IMG/VR virus record: IMGVR_UViG_3300028833_000069
Strand: one strand, 5' to 3'
Length of the DNA: 64,000 nucleotides
Source: a virus
Taxonomy: Duplodnaviria > Heunggongvirae > Uroviricota > Caudoviricetes
Below, piece by piece: positions 47,350-57,777 of the stretch (its first letter is position 1; every line of letters starts with the position of its first letter). The translations under genes and the position numbers were made by a program. The notes under the pieces are model-generated. The model saw only the letters and a program-made list of their open reading frames with translations. It ran no database searches and had not been told where the DNA came from.

Positions 47350-47718
47350 ATGGGAAGCTTTATGGATAAACTTAAAAAGTTAAGGAGTGAAATAAGAGAG
47401 ATTAACAAAGAAAGATTTAAAGATATTTCTATTGAAAATCCTAAACTGTTACACATACTTGCTAACGATGGAAATTATACAGGTCTTGTTAACTCTGTAA
47501 AAATAGAAGAATTTACCACTACTTTTTGTTTTCAATTTTGTGTATACAGACATTATTCTGTAGATGATGAAAAATTTAAAAGTTGTGGATTAAAAAGTGT
47601 TTCTGTATCAGTAGATACTGAAAATTTGGATTTAAAAGTACATGATATTGATATAGTATCATATACTGGAGCTATTATGGAAATGTGTAAAGATAAAGGA
47701 GCATATTATGATGACTAA
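47350..47718 (+). CDS. hypothetical protein
   Basis: Track ORF. Confidence 0.4.
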   Translation: MGSFMDKLKKLRSEIREINKERFKDISIENPKLLHILANDGNYTGLVNSVKIEEFTTTFCFQFCVYRHYSVDDEKFKSCGLKSVSVSVDTENLDLKVHDIDIVSYTGAIMEMCKDKGAYYDD

Positions 47719-48145
47719 CAATTCTGAAAAACTTGAAAAACTTCTTAAAAAGAAAGAAGAAACTGAAAGGTTATTAGGTGAGATAAAAACAGAAATAGCA
47801 ACTACTGAGAGTAAAATTAGTGGTGAGAAATTTCTAAATCAATATATTGTTGTAAATGAACCTCATGAGACTTGTATAGGGTTTGTTAAAAGAGTTTCTA
47901 GAGAACCTACAGGTATACATGAATTCTTTTGTACACCTGTCTTAACTCATACACATCCTCTCATAGGTAGACAATCATTTAGCATTAGAACAGAGGGCTT
48001 GATAATAATTTCAGCACTTACTGTTAAAAATGAGTTGAAGATTATCAATAGAGATCAGTTTGACCAAGAAGTTGATCGTTTTATGTCTAACATGTCTGAT
48101 TGTGTAAATAATCAAATGATGGAAAATGGCAACAGTAATAACTAA
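47708..48145 (+). CDS. hypothetical protein
   Basis: Track ORF. Confidence 0.4.
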   Translation: MMTNNSEKLEKLLKKKEETERLLGEIKTEIATTESKISGEKFLNQYIVVNEPHETCIGFVKRVSREPTGIHEFFCTPVLTHTHPLIGRQSFSIRTEGLIIISALTVKNELKIINRDQFDQEVDRFMSNMSDCVNNQMMENGNSNN

Positions 48146-48311
48146 GAATGATTATATAACTCTCAAAGGTTTTCATTGTGATAAAGGAAAACATAGATTT
48201 AGAGAAAATCCTTTTGGTATTACATGGTGTGTAATTTGTGGACAATTATCTGTCAATAATCATGGTTTAGTTCCTTTGTTACAAGAAGAAGATAAACTTA
48301 TCATAAGGTAA
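48126..48311 (+). CDS. small Cys-containing protein
   Basis: CDKGKH...CVICGQ pattern. Confidence 0.3.
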   Translation: MATVITKNDYITLKGFHCDKGKHRFRENPFGITWCVICGQLSVNNHGLVPLLQEEDKLIIR

Positions 48312-48314
48312 TTT

Positions 48315-48593
48315 ATGAGATCTGAAATGAAAAAATGTAGCATTATGTATAATGCAAAAATGGAATTTTATCAACTTAGAATTCCAAGGCTAAATTCTGA
48401 AGGTGCTCTTTATTTATATACTATATCATTAGGATTTAAAAATCATGAAGAAGCAGAATTAGCTGCTACAATTTTACTTAATGCTGATGATAAATATTTT
48501 GAATTTATTCAAGATATTGAAAATTTATTACAAAAAGTTCTTCCAGTGGTGGAAATACTTATTGGATGTGATGGAAATTGGAATAAATTATGA
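48315..48593 (+). CDS. hypothetical protein
   Basis: Track ORF. Confidence 0.35.
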   Translation: MRSEMKKCSIMYNAKMEFYQLRIPRLNSEGALYLYTISLGFKNHEEAELAATILLNADDKYFEFIQDIENLLQKVLPVVEILIGCDGNWNKL

Positions 48594-48652
48594 TATGTGC
48601 TCAATGTAAATTCTATAATCTCACAGAATAAACCTGATATTTCAGGTGGTTA

Positions 48653-48728
48653 GACATCTTAGCTCAGTTGGTATTAGAGCACCTCACCTTTAATGAGGGG
48701 GTCCTGGGTTCAAATCCCAGAGGTGTCA
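48653..48728 (+). tRNA. tRNA-Lys(UUU) with unusual C at position 33
   Basis: Acceptor GACATCT/AGGTGTC, D-arm GCTC-AGTTGGTATTA-GAGC, perfect anticodon stem CCTCA/TGAGG, loop CCTTTAA, T-arm CTGGG-TTCAAAT-CCCAG. Confidence 0.55.
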
Positions 48729-48745
48729 CTAAAAATAAATATAAA

Positions 48746-48916
48746 ATGAGTAGTGTTGATGTGATTACAGAAGTAGTAATGTATATTATTAACAATTTAA
48801 GTATTAAATTAGAACAAACAGGTAGAAATAGTATAACTGCTAAACTTTTATTAAAAGATAAAGTAATAAGTGAAGATACTGTTAATTATGAACCTAGACA
48901 AACTTTATTTTGTTAG
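48746..48916 (+). CDS. hypothetical small protein
   Basis: Track ORF 48668..48916 overlaps tRNA-Lys. The likely start is MSSVDV at 48746. Confidence 0.3.
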   Translation: MSSVDVITEVVMYIINNLSIKLEQTGRNSITAKLLLKDKVISEDTVNYEPRQTLFC

Positions 48917-49155
48917 TTATGCATGAAGAATTAAAAACAAATAGAAATACCTATAATTCTTTGAGAGAAGAATTTGGAATTTTAGCATCTATTGGTGGTA
49001 TGGTTGATTGTATACAAAAGGTTATACAGACATATCCTCATCTTCAAAATGAACCACTAGACAAAGTTCTTGAGTATTTAGAGATGAGAGCAGTAGATTT
49101 TGATAGCAAAATAATGCAAAAGTATTTAATATTTAACAAAGATGAAATGTTATGA
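48910..49155 (+). CDS. hypothetical protein
   Basis: Track ORF. Confidence 0.35.
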   Translation: MLVMHEELKTNRNTYNSLREEFGILASIGGMVDCIQKVIQTYPHLQNEPLDKVLEYLEMRAVDFDSKIMQKYLIFNKDEML

Positions 49156-49272
49156 TATACTCTGCAATTGAATCAGTTAAAAAATTAGGTTGCAATTACT
49201 TATTTCTTGATAAGAATACAATTTCACAAGATATAATTGATGATTTAAAATCTAAAGGTTATACTGTTATAA

Positions 49273-49689
49273 TTGGTCAAGGAGAAGTTGCAAGAATTAA
49301 AATATCTTGGTAATATGAATGAAATTAAAACTAAGTTAGAAAGTATAGTATCTTATTTGAATAGTCATTTCAATCAAGATTCAGATGAGTATAGTATATG
49401 TCAAGGGCCAAAACCTCAAGTAATAAAATATGATGAACATACTGCTATCTCATTGTGGGCATGTGGTGCAATTGTTTGTATTGGTTCATTATTATATTTT
49501 ATTGGTGAAGATGATGGAAACTGGTTCATCAGAGAAGAGGGCAGAGATTATGCTTTTCAAGGCTGTTTTAGTATTGGATGGGCAGATAGTTTTGTAAATG
49601 CTATGACAGCATTAAAGAAGTATACTGAAGAAAACGGTACTCCAATTTATTATTTTGGTACTGACATTCTTTGTCATTATAAACTGTAA
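49273..49689 (+). CDS. hypothetical protein
   Basis: Track ORF. Confidence 0.4.
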   Translation: MVKEKLQELKYLGNMNEIKTKLESIVSYLNSHFNQDSDEYSICQGPKPQVIKYDEHTAISLWACGAIVCIGSLLYFIGEDDGNWFIREEGRDYAFQGCFSIGWADSFVNAMTALKKYTEENGTPIYYFGTDILCHYKL

Positions 49690-49692
49690 GTT

Positions 49693-50028
49693 ATGACTGA
49701 TATATTTGGAAATAAATTAGAAGTTGGAGATTTTGTTGTACATTTAAGAGATAGTGACACTAGATTATATAGAATAGTTGCTTTTATGCCAACAAATTCT
49801 AACACTGATAAAGTTTTACTTAGTAGTCATTATTTGAGTAGTGTTAGTAATACTCAAGAATATTATGATATATCAAAAGCTTTATATGAAATAAAAGGTA
49901 TTAAATATGGAAATGTTTATCATGCATGTAATCTTGTTAAAACATTTAAACCAAGTTGGTATCCACTTCCAATAAGTGACAAAGATTTCAATTATGTTAA
50001 TGATATAAAACAAAGATATGGCTTATGA
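49693..50028 (+). CDS. hypothetical protein
   Basis: Track ORF. Confidence 0.4.
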   Translation: MTDIFGNKLEVGDFVVHLRDSDTRLYRIVAFMPTNSNTDKVLLSSHYLSSVSNTQEYYDISKALYEIKGIKYGNVYHACNLVKTFKPSWYPLPISDKDFNYVNDIKQRYGL

Positions 50029-50354
50029 ATGGATGTGTTTTCAGAAATAGTAATGGATCTTTATATTTTACTGAATATGGAAATCATGCTACTAAGAATC
50101 TAGAAAAAGGTAAATGGATTATGGGAAAAGGTGCTCATGCCTTATCTATAAATCCAGGTACATTTCCAGAAGTAAAGTGGGAGGATGATAAGCCTACTCC
50201 TGTTGATATGTCTATTGCTAAACAAAAGATAGATAAACAAACTATAGAAAATATTATAGAATTGTTTATTTCCTGGAATGGTGAAAGTGAACCTATTGAT
50301 ACAGCAAATCTTAAATATGCTGTTGACTATGTTGAAGAATGTCTAAACTCTTAA
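50025..50354 (+). CDS. hypothetical protein
   Basis: Track ORF. Confidence 0.4.
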   Translation: MNGCVFRNSNGSLYFTEYGNHATKNLEKGKWIMGKGAHALSINPGTFPEVKWEDDKPTPVDMSIAKQKIDKQTIENIIELFISWNGESEPIDTANLKYAVDYVEECLNS

Positions 50355-50357
50355 TCT

Positions 50358-50735
50358 ATGATAACAGAATTACATGATGTACATGTTTCAAGAGAACTTG
50401 CTATTTTATTGAAAAAGGCTGGCTTTAATTGGGCATGTAGAGGATTTTTTGATGATACTGGATTTCATGATGGTAGTGTAGAATGTACTAATTATAATTC
50501 AGATACATGCAAATATCTTAAAGCTCCAACACTTGAAGTAGCACAGAAATGGTTAAGGGAAACACAAAAATATCAAGTAGCAGTTCTTCCAGATGGGCTT
50601 AAAGGTTATACTTTTTTATGTTTTCTTTATAATGAATCTATAACACAACCATTTAAACATTATTCTACATATGAGGAAGCATTGGAAGCTGGTATTAAGA
50701 AAGTGCTTGAACTAATTTTAATGGAAGGAGAATAA
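50358..50735 (+). CDS. hypothetical protein
   Basis: Track ORF. Confidence 0.4.
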   Translation: MITELHDVHVSRELAILLKKAGFNWACRGFFDDTGFHDGSVECTNYNSDTCKYLKAPTLEVAQKWLRETQKYQVAVLPDGLKGYTFLCFLYNESITQPFKHYSTYEEALEAGIKKVLELILMEGE

Positions 50736-50737
50736 TT

Positions 50738-50974
50738 ATGTCAGAATTAGGATTAGATATGCTTGATGGTTGTCTAAAAGTATTTACATGGATGACTGGA
50801 ATTTGCATAGTTATCATGATATTAGGATTAAGCATTTGGGAATTAGAAGTGCCTAAAGACCATTGTATCAAGTGTGGTAGAGTTATCTGCAATGAAAACT
50901 ATTGCCCTGATTGTGGTACACCAACAGATAGTGTTGATACATATAACTATTGGAATAACCCAAATAGAAAATAG
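50738..50974 (+). CDS. small membrane protein with CxxC...CxxC zinc ribbon
   Basis: CIKCGRVICNENYCPDCG. Confidence 0.35.
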   Translation: MSELGLDMLDGCLKVFTWMTGICIVIMILGLSIWELEVPKDHCIKCGRVICNENYCPDCGTPTDSVDTYNYWNNPNRK

Positions 50975-50998
50975 TTCTAAGGAAAGGAAATTAAGAAT

Positions 50999-51268
50999 AT
51001 GGAAGGTTTTAAAATGACAGGTAATTTTTATGATGATGTAAAAATTGTAGGTGAAGCTGTTGCACAACTACATAGTATGCTTGATTTCCTTGAAAAAGAG
51101 TGCATTGAGAAAGATAAGGGAAAAACTGCTACTGAGATATTCATCTATGTAAATAACATGAAAAATGAGGCTAGCAGAATGGTAGAACAAAGTAAACAGT
51201 TGATGCGTGCTTCAGACATTGAGCAGTATGGACCACTGAGTAAATATGTTAGACCATATCTTGCATAA
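50999..51268 (+). CDS. hypothetical protein
   Basis: Track ORF. Confidence 0.35.
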   Translation: MEGFKMTGNFYDDVKIVGEAVAQLHSMLDFLEKECIEKDKGKTATEIFIYVNNMKNEASRMVEQSKQLMRASDIEQYGPLSKYVRPYLA

Positions 51269-51452
51269 AGTGTAAATATAATAAAATTAGAATGCTTGAA
51301 TTACTTAAACTCAAAGAAAAATGCAAAAATGATTTAGCTACATTTGTAGAAGTTGCTTTTGGTATAAAACTTTCTGATACAGAAAAACAAAAAATAAGAG
51401 AATATCAAAAACATCCAAAAGAAATAACTATTATAAAAAGAAGGTAAGAATT

Positions 51453-51899
51453 ATGGATATTGGAAGTAGAAATGGCTATCCTAGTGCAGCATTATCAAAT
51501 TTTGCACCACATCCATTTATGATAGATGGAGTTGGATGTAATTCAATGGAAGGGTTTTTGCAGTCACTGAAGTTTGAGTCAATTGACATGCAAAAATATG
51601 TATGTACTTTAGTTGGTAAAGCTGCCAAATTTAAAGGAAAAGATAAGAAGTGGTGGAAAACTCAAACATTATATTGGTTAGGACAACCTATTGCTCGTCA
51701 GTCTGATGAATATCAAAAATTATTAGATAGAGCATATAATGCATTAAATGAGAATCCAGGATTTAGAAAAGCATTAGAAGCAACAAAGGGATGTACATTG
51801 ACACATTCTATTGGAAAGACTGACAAAACAAAAACAATATTAACTCAATCAGAGTTTTGCTCAAGATTAACAAAACTTAGAGATATTGGAAAATTGTAA
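51453..51899 (+). CDS. NADAR (YbiA/DUF1768) domain protein
   Basis: LSNFAPHPFMIDGVGCNSMEGFLQSLKF...WW...YWLGQPIARQ fits the NADAR signature (SNF..pF..dG..y.S.E..fQ..KF). Confidence 0.6.
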   Translation: MDIGSRNGYPSAALSNFAPHPFMIDGVGCNSMEGFLQSLKFESIDMQKYVCTLVGKAAKFKGKDKKWWKTQTLYWLGQPIARQSDEYQKLLDRAYNALNENPGFRKALEATKGCTLTHSIGKTDKTKTILTQSEFCSRLTKLRDIGKL

Positions 51900-52128
51900 T
51901 GGTATGGAAGAGAAAATTACAGGTTGGATAGCAAGGGATGAGAATACAAGTTTATATTTATTCCTAGAAAAGCCTAAAAAATATAAAACTTATAAATGTT
52001 GGGACTGTGAAAATGAAGTAGGTCTTAGTAGTAATAATAAGGAACTTAATAAAAACTTGTTTCCACAAGTCAAATGGGAAGATGAAGAACCAACTAAAGT
52101 AGAATTGACAATTAAAATCAAAGAATAA
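51886..52128 (+). CDS. hypothetical protein
   Basis: Track ORF. Confidence 0.35.
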   Translation: MENCNGMEEKITGWIARDENTSLYLFLEKPKKYKTYKCWDCENEVGLSSNNKELNKNLFPQVKWEDEEPTKVELTIKIKE

Positions 52129-52721
52129 TGATGTTTGAATTTCCTTGGTTTAGCAAAAGTTTTGGTCCAAGAGATACTGAAATTTTTGAAATTGATGTAC
52201 GAAAAACTTATGCAAGTACACCTGATAAAACAACAAATGTGATAGAAATTGTTTTAGTACCAACATTAAGCATTTCAAAAGTCAATAATTTTAATTATAC
52301 AATTACCTTTACATTCTTGTGCTGGTCTTTTTCATTTACTTATTGGAAGATTAAATGGATGAAGAGTTAACAATTAAAATTTGTGAGTAGTTATGATTGC
52401 TTTATTTAGGACTCCAAAACAAGCTGAAATAGATAAATGCATTGAGATTTATCACAAATACTCATCAAAAGAAATTACACTTGAAATGTTAAAAGAATGC
52501 AGAAATGAAACAGCACTTGGCTTGATTGATTGTAAAAAGATTATCCAAAAATATATTGATGAAACATATTTATAAATGCTTTAATTATTATGGAAGAGAA
52601 AATTAAAAAATATGAAATTTGGAAAAACAATTTTTTAAATAATCTTATTAAGTTTAATAATGAAATGCTTATAAATGCGCGTAATCAATTAAGAAACAAA
52701 AAAATTTAAAGATGAGTAGAT

Positions 52722-53066
52722 ATGTTTGACAGTACAAATGTAAATGTTTCTTATTGCAATAGATATTCACAAGTAGTAAATATCTTACCTGCATGTATTG
52801 GTACCTTGCAAAAAAGTTCACCATTAAGTAAAATCATTAAGTGTAACATTGATTCTGAGTTTGCAATAAAGGCATTTGACAAATTTGATCCACATATAGT
52901 GAGAACTGTCACAAAATCATATAAGTATACTTCTGGTTGTTATGAAGAAACAGAAAAAATACCTATTGTAGTGCTTCAAGTAATGGTATTTGGAAATAAT
53001 GAGTGCTTAATTGAATTTATTACAAAAGAAGAACTTAATAATCAAAGTTGTGAACAACATGAATAA
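52722..53066 (+). CDS. hypothetical protein
   Basis: Track ORF. Confidence 0.35.
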   Translation: MFDSTNVNVSYCNRYSQVVNILPACIGTLQKSSPLSKIIKCNIDSEFAIKAFDKFDPHIVRTVTKSYKYTSGCYEETEKIPIVVLQVMVFGNNECLIEFITKEELNNQSCEQHE

Positions 53067-53360
53067 AGCTTACATTGTAATTGAATACCCAGATAAATAT
53101 ACCAAAGAAGAAGTATTGAAATCAGTTATTCAAGAACTTGATACTAAATCACTAGCTGCTATTGGTATTAAAGTTTATCCAGTAGAAAACAATTAAGATT
53201 CATTGGTAATATGGCAGATTGGCGTGATAAAAATATTCCAGAAAAATGTAGGGATTGTGAGTACTGTGAAAAATATACAGATTTATATACTCCTTACTAT
53301 ATGAGTTACTGGCAATATTCATGTAAAAGAAATAAAATTTGCTGCAAATAAGTTAGTAAA

Positions 53361-53771
53361 ATGAAAAGTGAACAATATAATAGTCATGTCCGAGATTTAT
53401 TGTATGCCTTAATTACTTCTGCATGTTCAAATTGGAGAAATTCTAAGTATCTTCATGTTATGTATCATGGTAAAAAAGGAGTTCAACAATATGATAACAT
53501 TATTCAAAAAGTTAAAGATATTGAACACAGAGGTGTTGATAATCTAAAAGAAGATGAACTTTATTTTTTACTTTCAAACTTGAATGGTGGTGTTCATTAT
53601 CATGGACAATATATAAACAGACACCTTTTTGCAGAAAGATTATATTTTAAGTTACAGAAAGTAAGGTCAGGAGTTTTTAACAAAAATCCTTTAATACATA
53701 GATTAACAAATCTTAAATGGCTTTGGTTATATGTAGGAGGAATAAAGGATTTAAATACTTGTAAAGATTAG
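53361..53771 (+). CDS. hypothetical protein
   Basis: Track ORF. Confidence 0.4.
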   Translation: MKSEQYNSHVRDLLYALITSACSNWRNSKYLHVMYHGKKGVQQYDNIIQKVKDIEHRGVDNLKEDELYFLLSNLNGGVHYHGQYINRHLFAERLYFKLQKVRSGVFNKNPLIHRLTNLKWLWLYVGGIKDLNTCKD

Positions 53772-53772
53772 T

Positions 53773-54237
53773 ATGATACCAAAATTGATTTTTGATAAAG
53801 AGAAAAACAGAAAAGGATATAGAGGTACAGATGAAGAATTTGAAAAATTCTGTAAGTTATTTGATACTTTTTCTGAATTTTCTTTTGATGCGCATCATGA
53901 CAATATAAATTGCTTATTAAGTTGTTTTGATGGTTATGAAGATTGGCATCAACCTCATATTGTTGATTATGGATATGCATTAACACCTGAGGCTGTTGAG
54001 AAGTATATTCTTGCTAATTATGGGGATAATAATCCAAATAAGTACTTTATAGAAGTTGGATTGATGTCTTTTGATTATGAGAAACCTTGGAAACAAGGTA
54101 CTTATATAGATAAAGATGGTAATGATACTCAGGAAGACTACTATGATGTAGAAGGCATTGAAGAAGAAATGAAGCATCCTTACATAGATAATCGCTTTAT
54201 TACATTTAATGTGCATGATTTAACAAACAAAAGGTAA
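53773..54237 (+). CDS. hypothetical acidic protein
   Basis: Track ORF. Confidence 0.4.
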   Translation: MIPKLIFDKEKNRKGYRGTDEEFEKFCKLFDTFSEFSFDAHHDNINCLLSCFDGYEDWHQPHIVDYGYALTPEAVEKYILANYGDNNPNKYFIEVGLMSFDYEKPWKQGTYIDKDGNDTQEDYYDVEGIEEEMKHPYIDNRFITFNVHDLTNKR

Positions 54238-54712
54238 TTATGACTAAGAAAGAATTTATATTAGCCATAAATGAACAATATGGTACTACTGGATTTAGTA
54301 GCATAATCTGGCATCCTGAATGTAAAAAATGGAGAGCTATGAAAGTTATAGGTGGTAATAAGGTTTGTATGTGGCTTACAACATCATATAAACATAAAAT
54401 ACAGAAGGAAAATGGTTTATGTGGATAATTGATTTTTTTAAAAAGTTATTCAAGAAAGATTCTCTTCGGGATAAATGTATAGCAGCATATGGTGAGGAGT
54501 TTGGCAAGCTATATGATTCATTAAATTCAGGTGTACCAATTGGAGGTTTTGCACAAACAGCTATTGTTCTAGATATGATAGAAGCTGTTAAAAAAGGAAG
54601 ACCTTATGTTCCTCAAAAACCTAAAATTGAAGTTACAGGTATTTATATTCCTGGTAAAGGTACTTATGAAAAGGATAAGAATGGTAACATGGTATTAGTA
54701 AAATAAAGTAAT

Positions 54713-55162
54713 ATGCCAATACAAGAACATGTTAGATTATGTATTTTAAACTATCCTAGTATATTTCGTAATGCACTAGATGTTTATGACCATTTATTCT
54801 ATACTATTGGTAATGGTTATGAATGGAAAAATGGTGAATTAGTACATATTGGAGGAAATACTTTTGAAGCTCATACTATTGCAGAAGCAATTGCTAATGA
54901 GGTTGATAAAAATATAAAGTTTGCAAGAAGAGAAAAAGATTTTCTTAATGGTGTCTATCAATTTTCAGTAGATTATATGTGTGAAAATATACATACAATT
55001 ATGGAAGTAGATAAAAGAGTTAATGATTTTTCTCCATCTGCTGATTTTAGTTTTTATCCTATTAGTCAATATTCAAAATGCTTAAATATACCAAAGGATA
55101 TTAAACCTGATTGGTTAGAAGCAATTAAAAAACTTAATGAAATAAAAGAAAAGTTATGTTAG
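54713..55162 (+). CDS. hypothetical protein
   Basis: Track ORF. Confidence 0.4.
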   Translation: MPIQEHVRLCILNYPSIFRNALDVYDHLFYTIGNGYEWKNGELVHIGGNTFEAHTIAEAIANEVDKNIKFARREKDFLNGVYQFSVDYMCENIHTIMEVDKRVNDFSPSADFSFYPISQYSKCLNIPKDIKPDWLEAIKKLNEIKEKLC

Positions 55163-55350
55163 GTATTTATTTAACTGGATTTATTGTAACATTACTGATA
55201 ATGTTTGCAGTAATGTTGGAAGCACATCAAGATATTACTCTGTCAGGTGTATTTTGGAGTATTGTCTTTGCAATTTTCTGGGTATTTACTGTTCCTGGAA
55301 TGTTTATATTCAATTTAATTGATTATATAAAGTATAAAAGAGGGTACTGA
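55156..55350 (+). CDS. small membrane protein
   Basis: Two TM helices. Confidence 0.35.
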   Translation: MLGIYLTGFIVTLLIMFAVMLEAHQDITLSGVFWSIVFAIFWVFTVPGMFIFNLIDYIKYKRGY

Positions 55351-55363
55351 TAAGGTACCTTAT

Positions 55364-55449
55364 GCAGGAGTGTCGTAAGTGGTAGCCGAGACAGACTTAA
55401 AATCTGTTGTCCAGTGATGGATGTGTGGGTTCAAGTCCCATCTCCTGTA
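55364..55449 (+). tRNA. tRNA-Leu(UAA), class II
   Basis: Acceptor GCAGGAG/CTCCTGT, anticodon stem ACAGA/TCTGT, loop CTTAAAA, long variable arm TGTCCAGTGATGGATGT, T-arm GTGGG-TTCAAGT-CCCAT. Confidence 0.6.
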
Positions 55450-55452
55450 CTA

Positions 55453-55871
55453 TGTTACTATCATTAGATCAATATAATAAAAGAGAGCACTTTTTCAAAG
55501 AGAAATATAAAGAATACATGGAAAAACTTATTGTAATAAATAAATCAGAAAATAGTAGCAATAAAGAAGAATGTAGGACTAAAAGAAAAGCTCTTAAAGA
55601 AGAATATGCTCAATATAACAGATATGATTCTAATGTTTTTACAGAATTAAATGGAGGTTATATAATAACTCATCCAAATAGTAAAAATGCAGAACATCTG
55701 TTAAAAGTGTTAAATGAGAATAAAGGCAAACAATTTGTAGTAAATGATCAACCATGTATACTAAATACAATATTAGTAAGTCTTGATGATTATTACTATA
55801 AGTTTATAAAAAACAATGGTGGTTGGCCTGTACTCATAAGTTGTTGTGTCCCATTACAAAAATTTCAATAA
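55453..55871 (+). CDS. hypothetical protein
   Basis: Track ORF 55407..55871 overlaps tRNA-Leu. The likely start is MLLSLDQY at 55453. Confidence 0.4.
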
Positions 55872-56066
55872 ATGGAAGATTTGATTATTTTCTTATCAGG
55901 TATTGTTGGTACCTTTATGGGTATAATTATATTTTTAAAGTATGGAGTTAAAGATACTATTTCTGACAATTTACTTCCAATACTTTTTATATCACTTGGT
56001 TGGCCTGTAATGTTACCTATGTGTTTTGTTATATTTTTAGTAGTTTTTATAAAAGACTCATTATGA
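55872..56066 (+). CDS. small membrane protein
   Basis: Two TM helices. Confidence 0.35.
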   Translation: MEDLIIFLSGIVGTFMGIIIFLKYGVKDTISDNLLPILFISLGWPVMLPMCFVIFLVVFIKDSL

Positions 56067-56668
56067 AATATATATTTGGTATTGATATAGATGAAGTACT
56101 GCGAGGTACATTATCTAAAATGGTAGAAGTGTATAATAGAGAATTCAAAGATAATAAGACAATGGAGGATGTTCATAGTTTTGTAGTTGAAGAAAGTTTT
56201 CCTAGAATTACTCAAGAAACAGGTATTAAAGCTGGGGATTGGTTCTTTCAATTACATAGCAAAGAAATCTTTGAAGATTCTGAAATGTTATCTGGTGCTT
56301 TAGAAGCAATTGAAATTCTCAAAAAGTTTGGTGAGATAATAATTGTATCTTATCAAAAAACACTTCTTAATAAGAAACAAGCTATAGATTGGCTTGACAA
56401 GCATGGTATTACTTATGATGGTTTGTGTTTTCTTAAAAACAAGTCTATTGTACATGTAGATTATTTTATTGATGACAATGATTGGAATTTTAAGAAAAGT
56501 ACTGCTAGAATAGGTATTCTTATAAAGGCTCCTTATAATAAAGAGGTTAATGTAGAGGAGTTAAAACAGCAATCTTATTGTGATGATATTCAAAGATTTG
56601 ACTCATTACATGATTTTGCTAAGTATTTTGAACATTGTCATGCATGTGAACTCTATGATTGTAGATAA
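56066..56668 (+). CDS. 5'(3')-deoxyribonucleotidase-like HAD-family phosphatase
   Basis: MKYIFGIDIDEVL (DxDx[TV] HAD motif I at the N-terminus) as in NT5C-type nucleotidases. The track ORF starts at 56000. Confidence 0.5.
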   Translation, partial: KYIFGIDIDEVLRGTLSKMVEVYNREFKDNKTMEDVHSFVVEESFPRITQETGIKAGDWFFQLHSKEIFEDSEMLSGALEAIEILKKFGEIIIVSYQKTLLNKKQAIDWLDKHGITYDGLCFLKNKSIVHVDYFIDDNDWNFKKSTARIGILIKAPYNKEVNVEELKQQSYCDDIQRFDSLHDFAKYFEHCHACELYDCR

Positions 56669-57269
56669 TTTTGATAAAATAGAACCTCTGCTCTATTTTG
56701 AACGTGATGGTAGAACAATCATTTTAGTTTGGGTTGTAAGTAGACATAAAGATGGTAACACTACTGTTAAAGGTAGTAACAGAGTTAGAACCATTAAATC
56801 TTATCATTTTCAATCTAAGGAGCATTTCCTAGAAAAGAAAGATGAGATTAAAACATTATGTGATACATTTAATTGTAGAGCATATATATGTCTTAATACA
56901 AAACCATTGCTTAAAACATTGTTTAAACTACAAGAGATCATTCAAGACAATATACAGGGTTTAATGTCTTCTAAGCAAATAATATCTTTAAGAGGTACTA
57001 TTGATTCTGCTATCATGAAATCAGAAGGTATTAAGGGACATAAATTCTGGTTAATTGATGTTGATACTAAAGATGAAGGTGTGCTTAATAAAGTATTACA
57101 GGAAATAAATTCTGCTCAAAGTGGTTTTGAAAATCCTGTTGAAGCTGTTATTGATACAGTTAGTGGCAGGCATGTAATTACAAGACCTTTTGACAGAAGA
57201 GTTCTTACTTCATCTGATGTTGTTAGTTTACAGACTCAATGTCTTGCTTTATTATATTGTAATGTATGA
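56580..57269 (+). CDS. hypothetical protein
   Basis: 229-aa track ORF overlapping the previous gene end. Confidence 0.35.
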   Translation: MMIFKDLTHYMILLSILNIVMHVNSMIVDNFDKIEPLLYFERDGRTIILVWVVSRHKDGNTTVKGSNRVRTIKSYHFQSKEHFLEKKDEIKTLCDTFNCRAYICLNTKPLLKTLFKLQEIIQDNIQGLMSSKQIISLRGTIDSAIMKSEGIKGHKFWLIDVDTKDEGVLNKVLQEINSAQSGFENPVEAVIDTVSGRHVITRPFDRRVLTSSDVVSLQTQCLALLYCNV

Positions 57270-57514
57270 CAAAGGCAGAAATTTGTTATTGGATTAGTAA
57301 AGGATGGTTTGTTGGCAAGGTTGTTATACAAAAAGAACATAAAGATAAATATCCTAAAGTATTACATCATAGCTGCTTTCTTAAAGTAAAGAAAAATTTA
57401 CTGTATGGTATCTATAATCCACAATTTACTCTGACTGATTTAAATACTGGCAGGAAAAAACCTAGAAAGTTTGACTTTATTGTTCTATGTGAACATGTTC
57501 AAAAAATTGAGTAA
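57266..57514 (+). CDS. hypothetical protein
   Basis: Track ORF. Confidence 0.35.
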   Translation: MTKAEICYWISKGWFVGKVVIQKEHKDKYPKVLHHSCFLKVKKNLLYGIYNPQFTLTDLNTGRKKPRKFDFIVLCEHVQKIE

Positions 57515-57777
57515 TGGCAAGTTATAATGGTCATGAATTGTTTGTTGAAAAATCATCTAGAGATGGTAGACTATTTACTCCAAAAGAACAAGAAAGTGAT
57601 ATACCTTTCATAGAAGGATCTGATTGTGTAGATACAACTGAAGAAGAAATTAAAGCAGGTGTTGAATACTATAAAAAATATGGGCATTGCAAAATTCACA
57701 TGTTCTATGATGAACAATGTTGGTGTTATTATAGAAGAAAATGTGGAATTTGTGGTGCTGAAATAGGATTGATATGA
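57514..57777 (+). CDS. hypothetical Cys-containing protein
   Basis: Track ORF with CWCYYRRKCGICGAEIG. Confidence 0.35.
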   Translation: MASYNGHELFVEKSSRDGRLFTPKEQESDIPFIEGSDCVDTTEEEIKAGVEYYKKYGHCKIHMFYDEQCWCYYRRKCGICGAEIGLI

